64,000 nucleotides of DNA from Tubiluchus corallicola (GCA_030141605.1 JAQGDQ010000016.1:994282-1058281), one strand, 5' to 3'; positions 46,853-58,306 are shown, numbered from the stretch's first letter. The notes: generated by a model not told the origin, from the sequence alone. Numbers and translations are program-made.

Positions 46853-48096
46853 TGAATAGTATGATATGATAGTATAATATCAATAATCATACAATAGTAG
46901 CATATCCCTTCTATGAGATTATTAAATTTTATCAAATAATGTGGCTATACACACATTAATTTTTTAGTGTAGTATGACAGGAATAAATTCAGAAAATTAT
47001 TCATCCTGTTCAGAAAACACGTGTTAGGTAAACAAGTTATCACGAAACAGTTCTAAAAAACTCAGTCTAATACTGAGGTAAACTCAGTGGTATGGGGTCA
47101 GGCAATACGAAACTTAGTAAACTAAAGTTCACCACATGTTATGATATCACTAGCTGAATGAAATCAATTAAATGGCTAATCTCGTTAAGGGCAAAAATCT
47201 CTGAAACCCAAAAAGTTGAAATATAATCAGGATTGTAAGATCTATGTGTGCATAGTAGTGTTGAAGTCTGGTGATGGAGACAATGCAATTTTATTCCAAA
47301 TCCTCGGAATTAATCAATTAATTAGTCAATTAATTAACACAACGAGTTACCACAATTTTTGTTTTGAACCAATGACATCCCTAGATAATAGATAGCTAAT
47401 CAAGAGAATAATTTGAATTTCAACTATTGGGACCTGGAAAGGTGAAATTTCTGTCAAACTAAAATTTGTATATTAAATGGTTCTAATTAATGAACTCATA
47501 GTTAACAAATTGCCACATTTTTTGAGCAAATAACATTCTACATTGGTTAAACCTGACCTTTAGAATTGTCTTACTAAATTGCAACTCAACTAGATATCAG
47601 AACATGAGTTTAGATCAATTCAAAATTATTTAATTAAACTTGCTCTAACTGATTGACTAATATTAATATGTTAACTAATCATCATTTAAATCTCAAGTCA
47701 AATAGTTCATGAAAACATACAATTCAAATCAGTTTGAAATTAATTAATTAATTAAACAGCTAATGAGTTCTACAGATTTTTCTCTTTGAACCAATGACAT
47801 CCTAGCTAATTATCATGCTAAGTCTGAACTCAATAGGGTCACGGTAGAATGAAATTTGTATCAATTTAAAATCAATTAATCAATAACAGGTGTGGTAGTT
47901 GAATGCTCGGAGTGGAGCTTCATTTTTGATGCAACCGAATTCCAAAGTTTGGGCAATTTCAAAAATTTTTATCCTGGACTGAGTAAACTGTAAATATGTT
48001 CAGCAGCTCCTGTTACTTCTTCATATTTATTTTATATGTAGAAAAACCAATTAGCAGGCCAGTAATTATAATAGGCTGAGCTAACCTCCTCTTCTT

Positions 48097-48463
48097 TTCG
48101 AACGAGTTTTTTAAGTTCGAATTCGATTCGTATCTAAAATTATAGATTCGAATAATTCAGCATTTCAGCCACACACGTTCTTTATCATGAAAATGTTTGA
48201 AACAGTATGCAATTAAAGCAATTTGGCTGCAGTTTGTGTAAAAAGCTTTTAACAAACTAATGGTGGTTTTACTGCAGAACAAAATCAAATAATATGCATG
48301 ATCTTTGTAAGGTCACTTTTTACTAGTGGTTCGAAGACTGCTTCAAAAATCTTTAAAACTCAATTCGAATTCGATTCGGATACGAAATACTGAAATTCGG
48401 TTCGAATTCGAAAGTGACAAATTCGATTCGAATTCGCTTTCTGGTAGAGAATGCTCACCCTTA
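48097..48463. mobile_element. hAT-type MITE, copy 2 of the same family, inverted and truncated at one end
   Basis: Reverse complement aligns to ~46463-46808 (e.g. TTTCTGGTAGAGAATGCTCACCC, ATATGCATGATCTTTGTAA). Confidence 0.8.
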
Positions 48464-49598
48464 ACACATTGCATAATCACAATGTTGTGGCAGCAATGGT
48501 AGCACTCATCCATGAACTTCTGGTGCGTACAGTAGTTCTGGATGTCACATGCCAGTCATCAACATGGAACCAATATGGGAAAAGTTAACTCTTTTTTAAG
48601 AAAGTGGATAGCTGCAGAATTTTTGGTGCATTTACTTTAATTCAACACTTATTAAAGCTTAAATGGTTACTTATGAACATGCCTGTGCCCCTGATACGAA
48701 ATATCTTCAGAGCGAAAACCTGCCTTTGCGTCTTGCGTGTTAATTATGTTAACGTTGGGCTTTCAGTTTCATTTCGTGAGTTTTTTTTAATTAATATAGA
48801 TGTCATTCCTCGCAGTTAGTAGAGTACGTTTTGCAGCTTTTGTGTTACTTGTAAACTAAAATGTCAAAGTTTCCATTATTTTTCACTTGGGGTTTTTTGG
48901 CACAGCAGCAGTTATTTCAGTAATTGTCAAGAACTACTCAAACTCAGGTCGACGTTATTCAAAGCGTTTAGTTTCGAATTTCGTTACCACCTGTATCAGC
49001 TCAAACTGCTACTACAGTTTGTTGAGACATTGAGTTCTCATCGCCAGTAAACCTGTGGTTCGGTTTGTCCCCTTGCTTTTGACAGCTGAGTGGTTCAGGG
49101 TTAGATGCCTATTCATTGATGACTTGCTGTCACAGCCAATATTACCAGTTATGTCTGTTATGACTATGAAAACACGTGATGAGGAGATTCTAAATTAAAA
49201 AACTTGCCTGAATTCTATCCTGTGTCCCTCATGCTAGTTGCGACTTCGTAACAAGTGCTCCATCTTCCTACCATTACATGCTGGTATAAAAATTACACTT
49301 GCTAGTGTACAATATCCTCATAATGGATCGAATCATCACAATGCAGAGGGACATTATAGAGAGGGTGAATAAAAATGACATTTTGCATACAGTATTATTT
49401 ATGTGGCATGTGAGTGTTAAGGATGCATTAAGCAGTTGCTTATAATAGATTATAGCTAATGTTACCTGTTTTCCCAGAAATTGTAAATTAGTGCTTTGAC
49501 ATTTTTTTGTCTTTCGTCCCTTCTGTGTGAAAGGCTTAATAAAAAATGTGACTAAAGTTTACTATTTCCCACACACAAAATATTAATTCGTGAAGCAG

Positions 49599-49712
49599 AT
49601 TAGGATTAAGGGTAGGATTAGGATTAGGGTTGGAACTGGGGTTAGGGATAGGATTAGGGTTGGGTTAGGGTTAGGGTTAAGAGTAAAGTTCGGGTTAGGG
49701 TTAGTGTTAGAG
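49599..49712 (+). repeat. Degenerate interstitial telomere-like (TTAGGG)n tract
   Basis: About 18 hexamers of TTAGGG/TTAGGA/TTGGG variants. Confidence 0.75.
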
Positions 49713-49997
49713 TATTTAGATTGTATGGGGAATTGTGAACTCCTTCCAAAAATGCACTTGTACTAAGTTTTTTAAAAAAAATCAAAATCTGTGTTTTTAA
49801 ATTACATGGTCTGTTTCTAAAGGTTATGACATTTTTTAATGTGGTTCTGAACATATTTAATTTGAAATTTATGTGATTCTTTGGCAATAAGTAAAAGCCA
49901 TGGCACCTGAATACAAGTTTTCATAACTGGTTTTTCAGATATTGGTGTTCTAGTGCCACATGAATTTTTCACAAGCATTTGTTTTTGTTTCTTACAG

Positions 49998-51247
49998 GTA
50001 ATTTATCATTACATTGTGGTGGCATTAATAATGTTCACCATTGGCAAAAGGCTTCATCATCATTGTGGCTTTCCAGCAGACTTCTATGGAGACCTGAACA
50101 AGACAGTGAAAAACTTATGACAAGTTCAAGCTTAACAAGTCATTTAATGACATTTTATCCTAGCAAAGAAAGTGTTAGCACTCTGAACCCAATTCAGCTG
50201 TTAGAATTTCAGCATTTTAAACTTACAGATAGTGAATTAAAAATCTCCTGTTTAGATTTTATCAGAACTGCCTCTACATTGAAAAATACTGTGGACTACA
50301 AGTGCCCATCAAAAACGATGTCACATTTTCCATTTGTGTATACTGTCCCTGGTGCTGCAGTTATTGAGAAAATGTTGCCAACAACACATTCTATGGAGTG
50401 TTTCGATCCGGAGGTGTCTTATTGTCCTATGGAGATGCCAGAGCGAATGAATTCTGGTGAAATGTTGGTACGTGGTAAATTACCTTGTGGCCTGCTGAAA
50501 ATACGCAGACGCAAAATGAATAAGCACAAACTTAGAAAACTGCGCAAGAGGATGAAATTCATATGGCGAAGGGTAAGCTTCTTCAGTTTAAAAGTATTAG
50601 GCCTGCTAACTTTCCTAAAGCTAATGAAGTGGTTGGGAAATTTAAGTTAATTTAATTTACTGACCATTTTAAATGCATGTTACACGATTATCAATTGCAT
50701 CATAATAAATATAAAAAATATATATATATATATATATATATGCATCAATATAAAAGTCCTCATTAAGAGCACGGTAGTCTTAAAAGTCTGAATATATTTC
50801 TAAAATATATAAATCATATATATAAATATATATGAATAAAAATATAGCTCATTAAAAGTTCACTGAGTTAGAAAACTGAGTATAATAATGCTAATTTTGC
50901 TAAAATTCATTTTGTTCATTTAACTTTTTAACATTGTCAAATGTAGATTATCTGGAAGTTTCAACTTCAAGGATTTCTGTTGCAATTCGGTAATAATTAT
51001 GGTCTGCATGTTTTAGGCAGAATTAAAGAAGGAACAAAAGAAAGAGAAGGCATTCCAGGCTGAACTTGCTATGATCCTCAAAAAAGCAGAAGATTTTAAT
51101 GCTGAACAGGAAGTTACTACAATGTTAAAGAAATACAATGATGCTCTGTATTGGCAAGCAAATCCGCCTAAGAAAGTTCCTCGGGTACCACCAGGTCACT
51201 CTATTATACCACCACCACCTCGTCAAGCGTATGAGTTTGAGGAGTGA
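49998..51247 (+). CDS. AURKAIP1: Mitochondrial ribosomal protein mS38 / Aurora kinase A-interacting protein 1; last two coding exons, first exon unresolved
   Basis: Exon 49998-50572 ends with the family motif CGLLKIRRRKMNKHKLRKLRKRMKFIWRR. It splices in phase 0 to 51017-51247 (AELKKEQKKEKAFQAELAMILKKAEDF...EFEE*). Confidence 0.88.
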
Positions 51248-51428
51248 TATTTGTAATAGTTGCTGGAGGGATATGGCTGTGACAAAATTGGTAATTCATT
51301 GTGTACTTACAAAATTAATTTTGAAAAGTAAATCGTTCAAAAATTAGAATATGGCACCTCTTTGAGGAATTTCGCTTAGTTTTATTTATACTGTTGTTAC
51401 CGTTTATCGTTCAGCTAATTTTTCTATA

Positions 51429-52018
51429 CAGTAGGCACTGCTTAATAGACTCAGTTTGGGATGAAAATGCTTCGACCCAATCAACCGAGTAAATCCATTA
51501 ACCGACAGACATAGTATTACTAATATAGAAGTATGAATCATCAGCTTAGTATGCACCTCAAAGGCTTTTAATGAATTCTAGAAACAAAATGTTTCTAAAG
51601 TTTCAAAAGCAAACCATGAGGCAAATGTTTAAAAGTTTGCCTTATAGAAATTCGTGGGTAACGATGTTAATTGCAGTGGATGTGCAGGTCAAAGCAAAAC
51701 CACTAGGCTAGCGTATTAGCGTATGATAAATGTTCCTGCTTACTAACAAAATGGTATTTAACATAATTCTTTCTACGTACAGTAGAGCACAAAAGCTAAT
51801 TAAGATGACATGAAAGTCATAGAAGCTTATTAGTCACACAAAAGTGTCTTATTGAAGCACGTGAAACAGACATATTGAGACAACGATGCGGATTATTTGA
51901 ATCTATTATATAGTTAGTTTTTATATAGATTTGAATAGAAGTGGTCTGTGCCAGATATTTTTGAGTCAACTAGGCGACTGATTCTGTTAACCGTGAATCT
52001 AATAAACAGCACCTACTG
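51429..52018. mobile_element. Tc1/mariner-type MITE
   Basis: Imperfect TIRs CAGTAGGCACTGCTTAATAGACTCA / TGAATCTAATAAACAGCACCTACTG, TA on both flanks. Confidence 0.75.
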
Positions 52019-52967
52019 TACTAAAAAATAATTAAAGCTGTCTAATTTCACTTGACAGTATTATTATTAGGTCTCCCTGATGGAAAATTGTGTATTAGTA
52101 TATTAATTCTAGCACTTTTATTCAAAATACCTAGCTATAACCTGTGGCCAGGGTCAATACTATTTTTTACATTTGACAGAATGCAATAATTGTTTTTTAT
52201 TCACTTTTTTGTATGTCTTTCAATTCTTGCATTTACCTGCGATGGATATTACAAGAGAAATAAACAACTCTTTCCTGTTTTCACTGACGTGTTGATTTTT
52301 CAATGTTACCAAGTTGTACCAACATCATTGAACAACTTAATTAATGAGACAAAAATGAGCTCTTTTACAATAGACCCTTGTACACCTTTTTTCTATATAT
52401 ATATATATATATATATATACTGAATTGTTGTATAAGAAGTTACAAAATGTCTATAAATTGGGAATACATTTGGATAGAAAATTCTTTTATTGTAAATAAT
52501 GGTTTATAATGTGAGGCCATATCTGTGCTTCAGAATAGAATTTTTTCCACAACACGTGGTTAATTGCTATAAAACAGCTAAGTAATCTTTCAACATTTTT
52601 CTTTTTATAGAGTTTATAGAGTTTGGCACACTGCAGCTAATATCCAGCATTGTGCTTGGCTTAATAACGATAGTGGTTGTGTCAGAACTGTAACCTAATC
52701 ATTTGCATGGTTAAGGACAGTCTGGTAAGATGACACACTCACCTGCAGAAAGTTTTAGCCACTCTCTCGTCATAAACATTCCCTCCCTCAATGAGAGAAG
52801 ATAACTTGATAGTAGAGCAGGATCCCAGTAGTAGAGATAAGGTATAGAGAGAGAGATACATTTGCGAGATAGAGTAGAGACAAGGCACAGGACCCCGGAA
52901 GTCACATCATTGCATGCCACTGTCACAAAGACTTGCTATTGCAATCATTAACATACTATGACTGTAA

Positions 52968-53627
52968 CAGGGCTGAAATTCATATGCACCCGCTAGCTCA
53001 ATGTTGTAACGACTAGTGTAGTTAGTCAGTTCCTAGTTCCAAATAGCTGAATCAGGTAAGATATTAATTGTTTACACGCAATGTATACGTGTTATGAATG
53101 TTCGTTGACAGAAAATGTGGTTTTGGTTCTCTTTTTACGATGTATAAGAACAACTTATTTTTGCATCCATCAGGCATTCATGACAGATTGACTTGTGCTA
53201 GTGATTCTATGCACAGTGAAAGCATTAAATCGGCTTGAACGTTATGGGTGATTAAAGCCAAATCATTGGCAGTATATGAGTGCTTATAAAACTCTGTGAA
53301 GCAGACATTCAAGAAAGGCCTAGTGCAGTTTTTTGCACTGGAAATGAAAAACATGGAAATCAAACATTAACTGTTCAAAGAAAATGTACGACATTAGTAA
53401 AATACAAACATCATATACAAAAAGTAAAATGTGTTTGACCGATCTCTTGTCTTCTTATTACTTTTTGCTAAAATAATTTAATAGTAGTTACACTTAAATT
53501 AGTTTCTACTTAGGCAAAATATCTATTTTTGCAAATTCACATTTTGTCTTCTGTTCAGAGACTAGTGATTTCTAGAGATTACTAGTCCCTTGAACTAGTG
53601 TGCCATTTTCATGAATTTAAACCCTTG
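52968..53627. mobile_element. Possible old hAT-like non-autonomous element
   Basis: Imperfect inverted termini CAGGGCTGAAATTCAT / ATGAATTTAAACCCTTG with related subterminal CTAG motifs; no clear target-site duplication. Confidence 0.35.
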
Positions 53628-53907
53628 TGCAAGAAATATCACTTCATTTGTCAAACATTCTGAGCATTTTTAATAGAGAGAGGCAGTGTAAAATGTGGCT
53701 AAGCTACTACTGCTGGTTCATTATTTCATCTTAGGAGACATAAGTTTTAAAAACTATGATTATATTTGTATACAATTACGTGTACTTAGGGTTTCAATAC
53801 AAATATATTGGTGTGAGCCACTAACAACAAGTTGTAAATTTTTAGGTTTAGTCTTGATTATTAATAACCAACTTTACTAATTTATCTCAAATTGAAAACT
53901 TATCAAA

Positions 53908-55112
53908 CTACAACTGTAAAAGTTTTGTCAGCATTAGCAACACGCATATCACTATTACGGCACTTGGATATCGTCCTCTTACTCCTCTGTCCAGTCCTCC
54001 TCTGTCCAGCCCATCTTCCTGATGTGGATAGATATCTTTGTAAATTATAGTGGTTGTTGTTGCTGCCCTATCATGACAATTATCCAGGTACTCGCCAATG
54101 CATGCTGCATATGTCATTGCATGCATTATGTAACTTTGCTCTTGAGTGCCTTGAAACAGATGTGACCATGGTCCAATGGCATACATTGGTACGTCTTCTC
54201 CGGCGTGGGCTCCACTTCTTCGTGGAGCAACAGCTTGTTGCTTGTATTCAGGATTGCCTGCAAAAGCCATGTGCTGAATATAAATTTATTAATATTGCAC
54301 AGTGCTATATATTTATATATATATATTTGTGTTAGATGGTGGCACTTGTCAACAAGCTTTCAACAATCAAACTTGCTGACAAACCTTACATGTCCAATTT
54401 TGATGATACAGTCATTGAATCTGGGGATAGATTGGAAGTTCAACTTACTTCAGATAAAAATAATTGTACAAGCCATCACGACACAACATAAACAGCAAAA
54501 ATAAAAAAAACGCATACTCAAAAGCATTAACTTTAAGGCTTAAGTACGTCAGTACAGGAATGACAACACAACTTTAACTAACATGTGACTGTAAAGCTGT
54601 CTCGTCTGTTACTTCCCCAACAGTAACGGAAATTTGAGATTTTATTACTATAATATAGATTGTGTAATACGCAGTTTAATTTTATTGTTTGGTCATTGTG
54701 TAATAGGAGTGGTAGCATGCATCACATATCATCAGTGTAACGTGCATGACAGCGAGCTTACATTGTTGGAGATAGACTTTCAAACGATCTAGGCAGTATT
54801 CCGACTGAAATATTCATTTAAGTGTTACTGGTAAACTTGTTTGTTTACTTAAGGATTGAGGGCTTGGTCAGTAACCATAATGTTCTTATTGGTCTCAAGA
54901 AGCTACTTTTCTTGACTGAATATAAGACAGGTCAAGGCCTATTAGTTCACAACTTAAAAAACGACGTCTTTGTTAACATTGGCGAAGTTATTTACCCGTG
55001 TCTACTCCTGTAATGTTTGGTCTGCCGTCAGGTCCTATTTCAAATCCTGGAGCCAATCCATAAAGCAGTGTCGTATAGGGCTTTTTATCGATCTTCGAAA
55101 TTCCACCTAGAC
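53908..55112 (-). CDS. ALPL: Alkaline phosphatase (tissue-nonspecific-like, GPI-anchor-type tail); only the last two exons are present
   Basis: Exon 54996-55112 (GLGGISKIDKKPYTTLLYGLAPG...RPNITGVDT) splices to 53908-54257 (GNPEYKQQAVAP..HAGEDVPMYAIGPWSHLFQGTQEQSYIMHAMTYAACIG, then a hydrophobic C-terminus). Upstream exons were not found in the window. Confidence 0.9.
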
Positions 55113-55190
55113 CTAGAAAAATCTATTTTTCAAATTTATTTCAAACTTTAAAGCATAAACTAAAGATTTAATGATGGCCTTAATGTTTCT

Positions 55191-55612
55191 AAGGTGCGCG
55201 CGCTCGTGTGTGTGTGTGTGTGTGTGCGCGCGCGCGCGTGTGTGGCTGACTCGATGACCTTCTAGTCCTTCTCCACACCCTCTCTACACAGTTTACATAG
55301 TTTTTTGTAATTCTCTTATGAATATAGTATTGGAGATAAACTTTTGAATTCAAAAAAATTGTGCGCATGTGCTCGTATGTGTGTGCGTGCGCGTGCGTGC
55401 GTTTGTGGCCCAAAAGCTCACCTGGCAAAGCATGTGTCCCGAAAGCACGAAGTTCTGGTTGGGCCACACCTACTTCAATCAATTGGCCATTAGGCTAACT
55501 GTTTTAAGAATGACTCCTCTTAATCTCAGTGCTCACGAGTGTGCGTGCATGTTGTGTTGTGTACGTTTGCGTATTCGATTTTGTGTATGTACAAGTAGTA
55601 CGTACATACCTT
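55191..55612. mobile_element. Possible small non-autonomous DNA element with (TG/CG)n tracts
   Basis: Ends TAAGGTGCGCGCGC and GTACGTACATACCTTA are inverted copies differing only by transitions; GC-richer than the flanks. Confidence 0.35.
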
Positions 55613-56020
55613 AATATGTGCATAATGAATTCAAGTGCTTTAAAGTCAAGAAAGTTGGTTAATTGCACTTTAAAATACATGAGTAGGATAGATGTTACAC
55701 CTCTGGCCGATTTCCCGGGGGGGTGGGGATTTCCCCGGGGGGTGGGGAAAAACACCCCTAAAAAAGTGCGAAAATCCGGGAAAACCCCTAAAAAAGTGTG
55801 AAAACCCGTGTGAAAGTGCGCACGTGACCGAAATCGACGAAAAAGCGCGAAAAACAAAGAAAAACGAAGAAAAGGCGTGTGAAACGAGGTAAAAATTTTG
55901 CAGTTTTTCCCTCCCGCATGGCTTCATTTGGATCGAATGACCTTGAACTCTAGGTCACGTGACCAAAGTTCATTGACCCCTGGCCCCTGGATGGCTTCTT
56001 TTTTTGACGCCCCATTTTAA

Positions 56021-56100
56021 ACCGCGTGAAAGCGCGCGAAAGTGTGTGAAAGCGCGTGAAAGCGCGCGAAAGCGTGCGAAAGTGTGTGAAAGTGTGTGAA
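56021..56100. repeat. Array of eight 10-bp units (AGYGYGYGAA) in the left terminal region
   Basis: accgcgtgaa agcgcgcgaa agtgtgtgaa agcgcgtgaa agcgcgcgaa agcgtgcgaa agtgtgtgaa agtgtgtgaa. Confidence 0.9.
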
Positions 56101-56403
56101 ACGAGGTAAAAAGCGCCTCAAACGAAGAAAAAGGGAGAAGTGGAGTTCCCGCCGAGGACTAATTAGTGCTAATTGGCGCTAATTGGGGAGCCCCTGCCAC
56201 CCCTCCGCCGCATGCAAACGTCCATCCCGGGGGTCGGGGACCCCCCCCTGCAACCCACCCCTCCGTCGCGTGGAATCGTCCACTGCAGGCAATGAGGGAA
56301 ATCTTTTTCTCGCCACTCGCGCAGTGCCGGCCCTTTTCCGCGACCACTTCTCTCTCTCTCGGGTGCCCTCCCTTTTCCGCGACCACTTCTCTCGCGGGTT
56401 TAG

Positions 56404-56455
<52 letters not shown>

Positions 56456-56598
56456 GGAGATTTATTTCAAATGCCAAAGTTTGATAAATGCATTTTCACA
56501 AATCTTTTTTATTGATGGATTACAGGTGTGGAGATTTATTTCAAACGCCAAAGTTCGATAAATGCATTTTCACAAAACTTTTTTTATTGATGGATTAC
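56404..56598. repeat. (TG)n microsatellite followed by a ~73-bp tandem duplication found only in the left arm
   Basis: GTGTGGAGATTTATTTCAAA...GATGGATTACA occurs twice (~56452 and ~56526) on the left but once in the right arm. Confidence 0.85.
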
Positions 56599-56729
56599 AA
56601 AAAATTTTTTTACATTTTTTATGCAAAATACATACGTGCTAAAACTAGATTATTATTATGGTGACATGATAGTTCTACATTTTACGTTTTTTTTCGCAAA
56701 TTACACAAATTATGCAAATTACAGTAAAA

Positions 56730-57322
56730 CTACACTAATGACGACGAGCGAGTACATGGATTGTCGTCGTCGTCGTCGATGTGATACAGACAAACGTTAT
56801 TGTTGTTAAAAACGAATTCGTTAAATTTACGGAAAACACGAGAGAAATCCTCGACCTTTGTCCCGCCCATCATTATTATGCTTCCGGTGTGAAAAATGTT
56901 CAGAGTAATTTATGCTCGCATTTGCAAGTTAGTTTGGGAAATAGTTCCACTTCGTAAAACACTTCTCTAAAAGAATGCGTCGAAGGACGAACGAGTTCTT
57001 CGTACAGTGCACCCAGTTTCAATCTGCAGTGAAGTTTGGCTCTGGCGGTGATGGTGCGAATTGCGATCCCGTCGGCGGGCGTCAGTCCGAGACCTTTCGA
57101 GAGTTCTTCGATCGCATTGCGTAGTGCTTTTTCCTCCGAAAAACCGTTGGCCACCACGGAGCCGGAGGCAAAAATCATCAGCGTCCCGCCCAGTCGCTTT
57201 AGCAGAAGCATTTGCGGTTTCCTTTCGTAGCGTCTTCCGCCCGTTCTCCGCCGGAGTTCGTTCAGATCGAAGCGCTGCGAGAACGAAGCAGTGGCGACGA
57301 TGTTGACCGTTTGGACTGACAC
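56730..57322 (-). pseudogene. TBP-like gene, left-arm copy, frameshifted
   Basis: Mirror of 58958-59548. A 2-nt insertion at ~56911 (GAGCATAAATT vs GAGCAAATT) gives CEHKLL* and removes the end of the second TBP repeat. Confidence 0.8.
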
Positions 57323-57774
57323 GTTAGAACGTAGTTGGCAATCGTTTCGGACGCCCGAACCGCTCTGCCTCGCCCGTTGCTCTGCCAACGTATGGCGGGC
57401 GGCGGGTGCTCGCTTTCCAAATCTTCTACGCGTATGACCACGCGATTTTTGGGGAGATGTTTTTTGACGAAATCGTACATCTCTGCTCCCTTGACGTAGG
57501 TGATCCTGCCTCTGGTGGTCTGTCGTAGAATGTTTTCCAATTCTGCGTACTCGATCATTCCCTCCTCCCACGAGATGCCGTGTATGTGTCTGATTAGGTA
57601 GTTGTAGGTGGATCGCTTGTGCTGGGGAACGCGATTCCAGGGGTGGGGCGGTTTGAAGGTGTAGTTGTGATATATGCCGGTCTCTATTTCGCGAATTACC
57701 AAATTTTTGACCAGGTATTCTTCTTTTCCGCACTGGAAGGCATCTACGGTGAGAACTATGCTCGATTCAGACAT
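57262..57774 (-). CDS. 170-aa DnaQ/DEDD-exonuclease-like protein of a Polinton-associated family (left-arm copy)
   Basis: ATG-initiated ORF with pattern VDAFQ..YLVKNLVI..YTFKPPHPW..YNYLIRHIHGISWEEGMIEY..YVKG. Family assignment is from recall of motif pattern, not a search. Confidence 0.65.
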   Translation of the reverse strand: MSESSIVLTVDAFQCGKEEYLVKNLVIREIETGIYHNYTFKPPHPWNRVPQHKRSTYNYLIRHIHGISWEEGMIEYAELENILRQTTRGRITYVKGAEMYDFVKKHLPKNRVVIRVEDLESEHPPPAIRWQSNGRGRAVRASETIANYVLTCQSKRSTSSPLLRSRSASI

Positions 57775-57997
57775 CTGTGACGATGGGGGGTCCTTCTACG
57801 CCGTCGGCAACGAGTTTTCCTTCGATGACGATTTGCTTGTGATTGTTCACAAATTCCAGAGACTTGATTTTTTCGAAGGTGTATTTTTTTATGACCTTGT
57901 TGGGGGCACTCTTGCGTGCGTTGGCGCGCTTGCCGCCCCGCGTCCCCGCTTGTTGTTGTTGCTTGCGAGGAACGGTGGTTAGAGGTTGTTTGAAATC
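57767..57997 (-). CDS. Small basic protein of unknown function (probably a 3' exon; no in-frame ATG)
   Basis: DFKQPLTTVPRKQQQQAGTRGGKRANARKSAPNKVIKKYTFEKIKSLEF...PIVTDV*. It is preceded by a strong acceptor TTCTTCTTCTCTTGCAG, and its stop overlaps the next ATG (ATGTCTGA). Confidence 0.45.
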   Translation of the reverse strand, partial: DFKQPLTTVPRKQQQQAGTRGGKRANARKSAPNKVIKKYTFEKIKSLEFVNNHKQIVIEGKLVADGVEGPPIVTDV

Positions 57998-58048
57998 CTG
58001 CAAGAGAAGAAGAACAATAGTTATAGTATTGTTGTTCGCTAACGACAA

Positions 58049-58306
58049 CTAGGCATTTTTGATGAGCCATTCTTTCAGATTTCTAGGTTTTTTGGGGGCA
58101 GTGGGGGTGAGCACCATCGGCGGCGATGGAGGGGGCGTCGCGGAAATTACGAGTTTGTCTTCTTCTTTATCATCATCTTTCTCCTCTTCCTCCTCCTCCT
58201 CTCGAAAGATGTCCATTCGTGTCCCTCTCTCGCGTCTGCTTTTACACGGAGGGGCGGAGGTGCCGACGTCCGTGTCTGGCAGACTTCTTTCCGTCCAGTT
58301 TGTCCA
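58049..58306 (-). CDS. 5'-truncated acidic/proline-rich ORF in the palindrome spacer
   Basis: ...MDIFREEEEEEEKDDDKEEDKLVISATPPPSPPMVLTPTAPKKPRNLKEWLIKNA*. The frame stays open up to the arm junction and shares polarity with the left-arm genes. Confidence 0.45.
   Translation of the reverse strand, partial: WTNWTERSLPDTDVGTSAPPCKSRRERGTRMDIFREEEEEEEKDDDKEEDKLVISATPPPSPPMVLTPTAPKKPRNLKEWLIKNA

Noticed and set aside
48604-49300. Candidate first coding exon of AURKAIP1 (e.g. MNMPVPLIRNIFRAK)
   Set aside because: No convincing in-phase splice donor could be identified, so it is left unresolved
56021-56100. CRISPR-like array
   Set aside because: Contiguous 10-bp units without unique spacers, in a eukaryotic context with no cas genes
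55504-56561. Several 70-130-aa ORFs in the element's terminal region (and mirrors at 59723-60570)
   Set aside because: They span G-tracts, decamer arrays and (TG)n, differ by indels between the arms, and contain no recognisable domains
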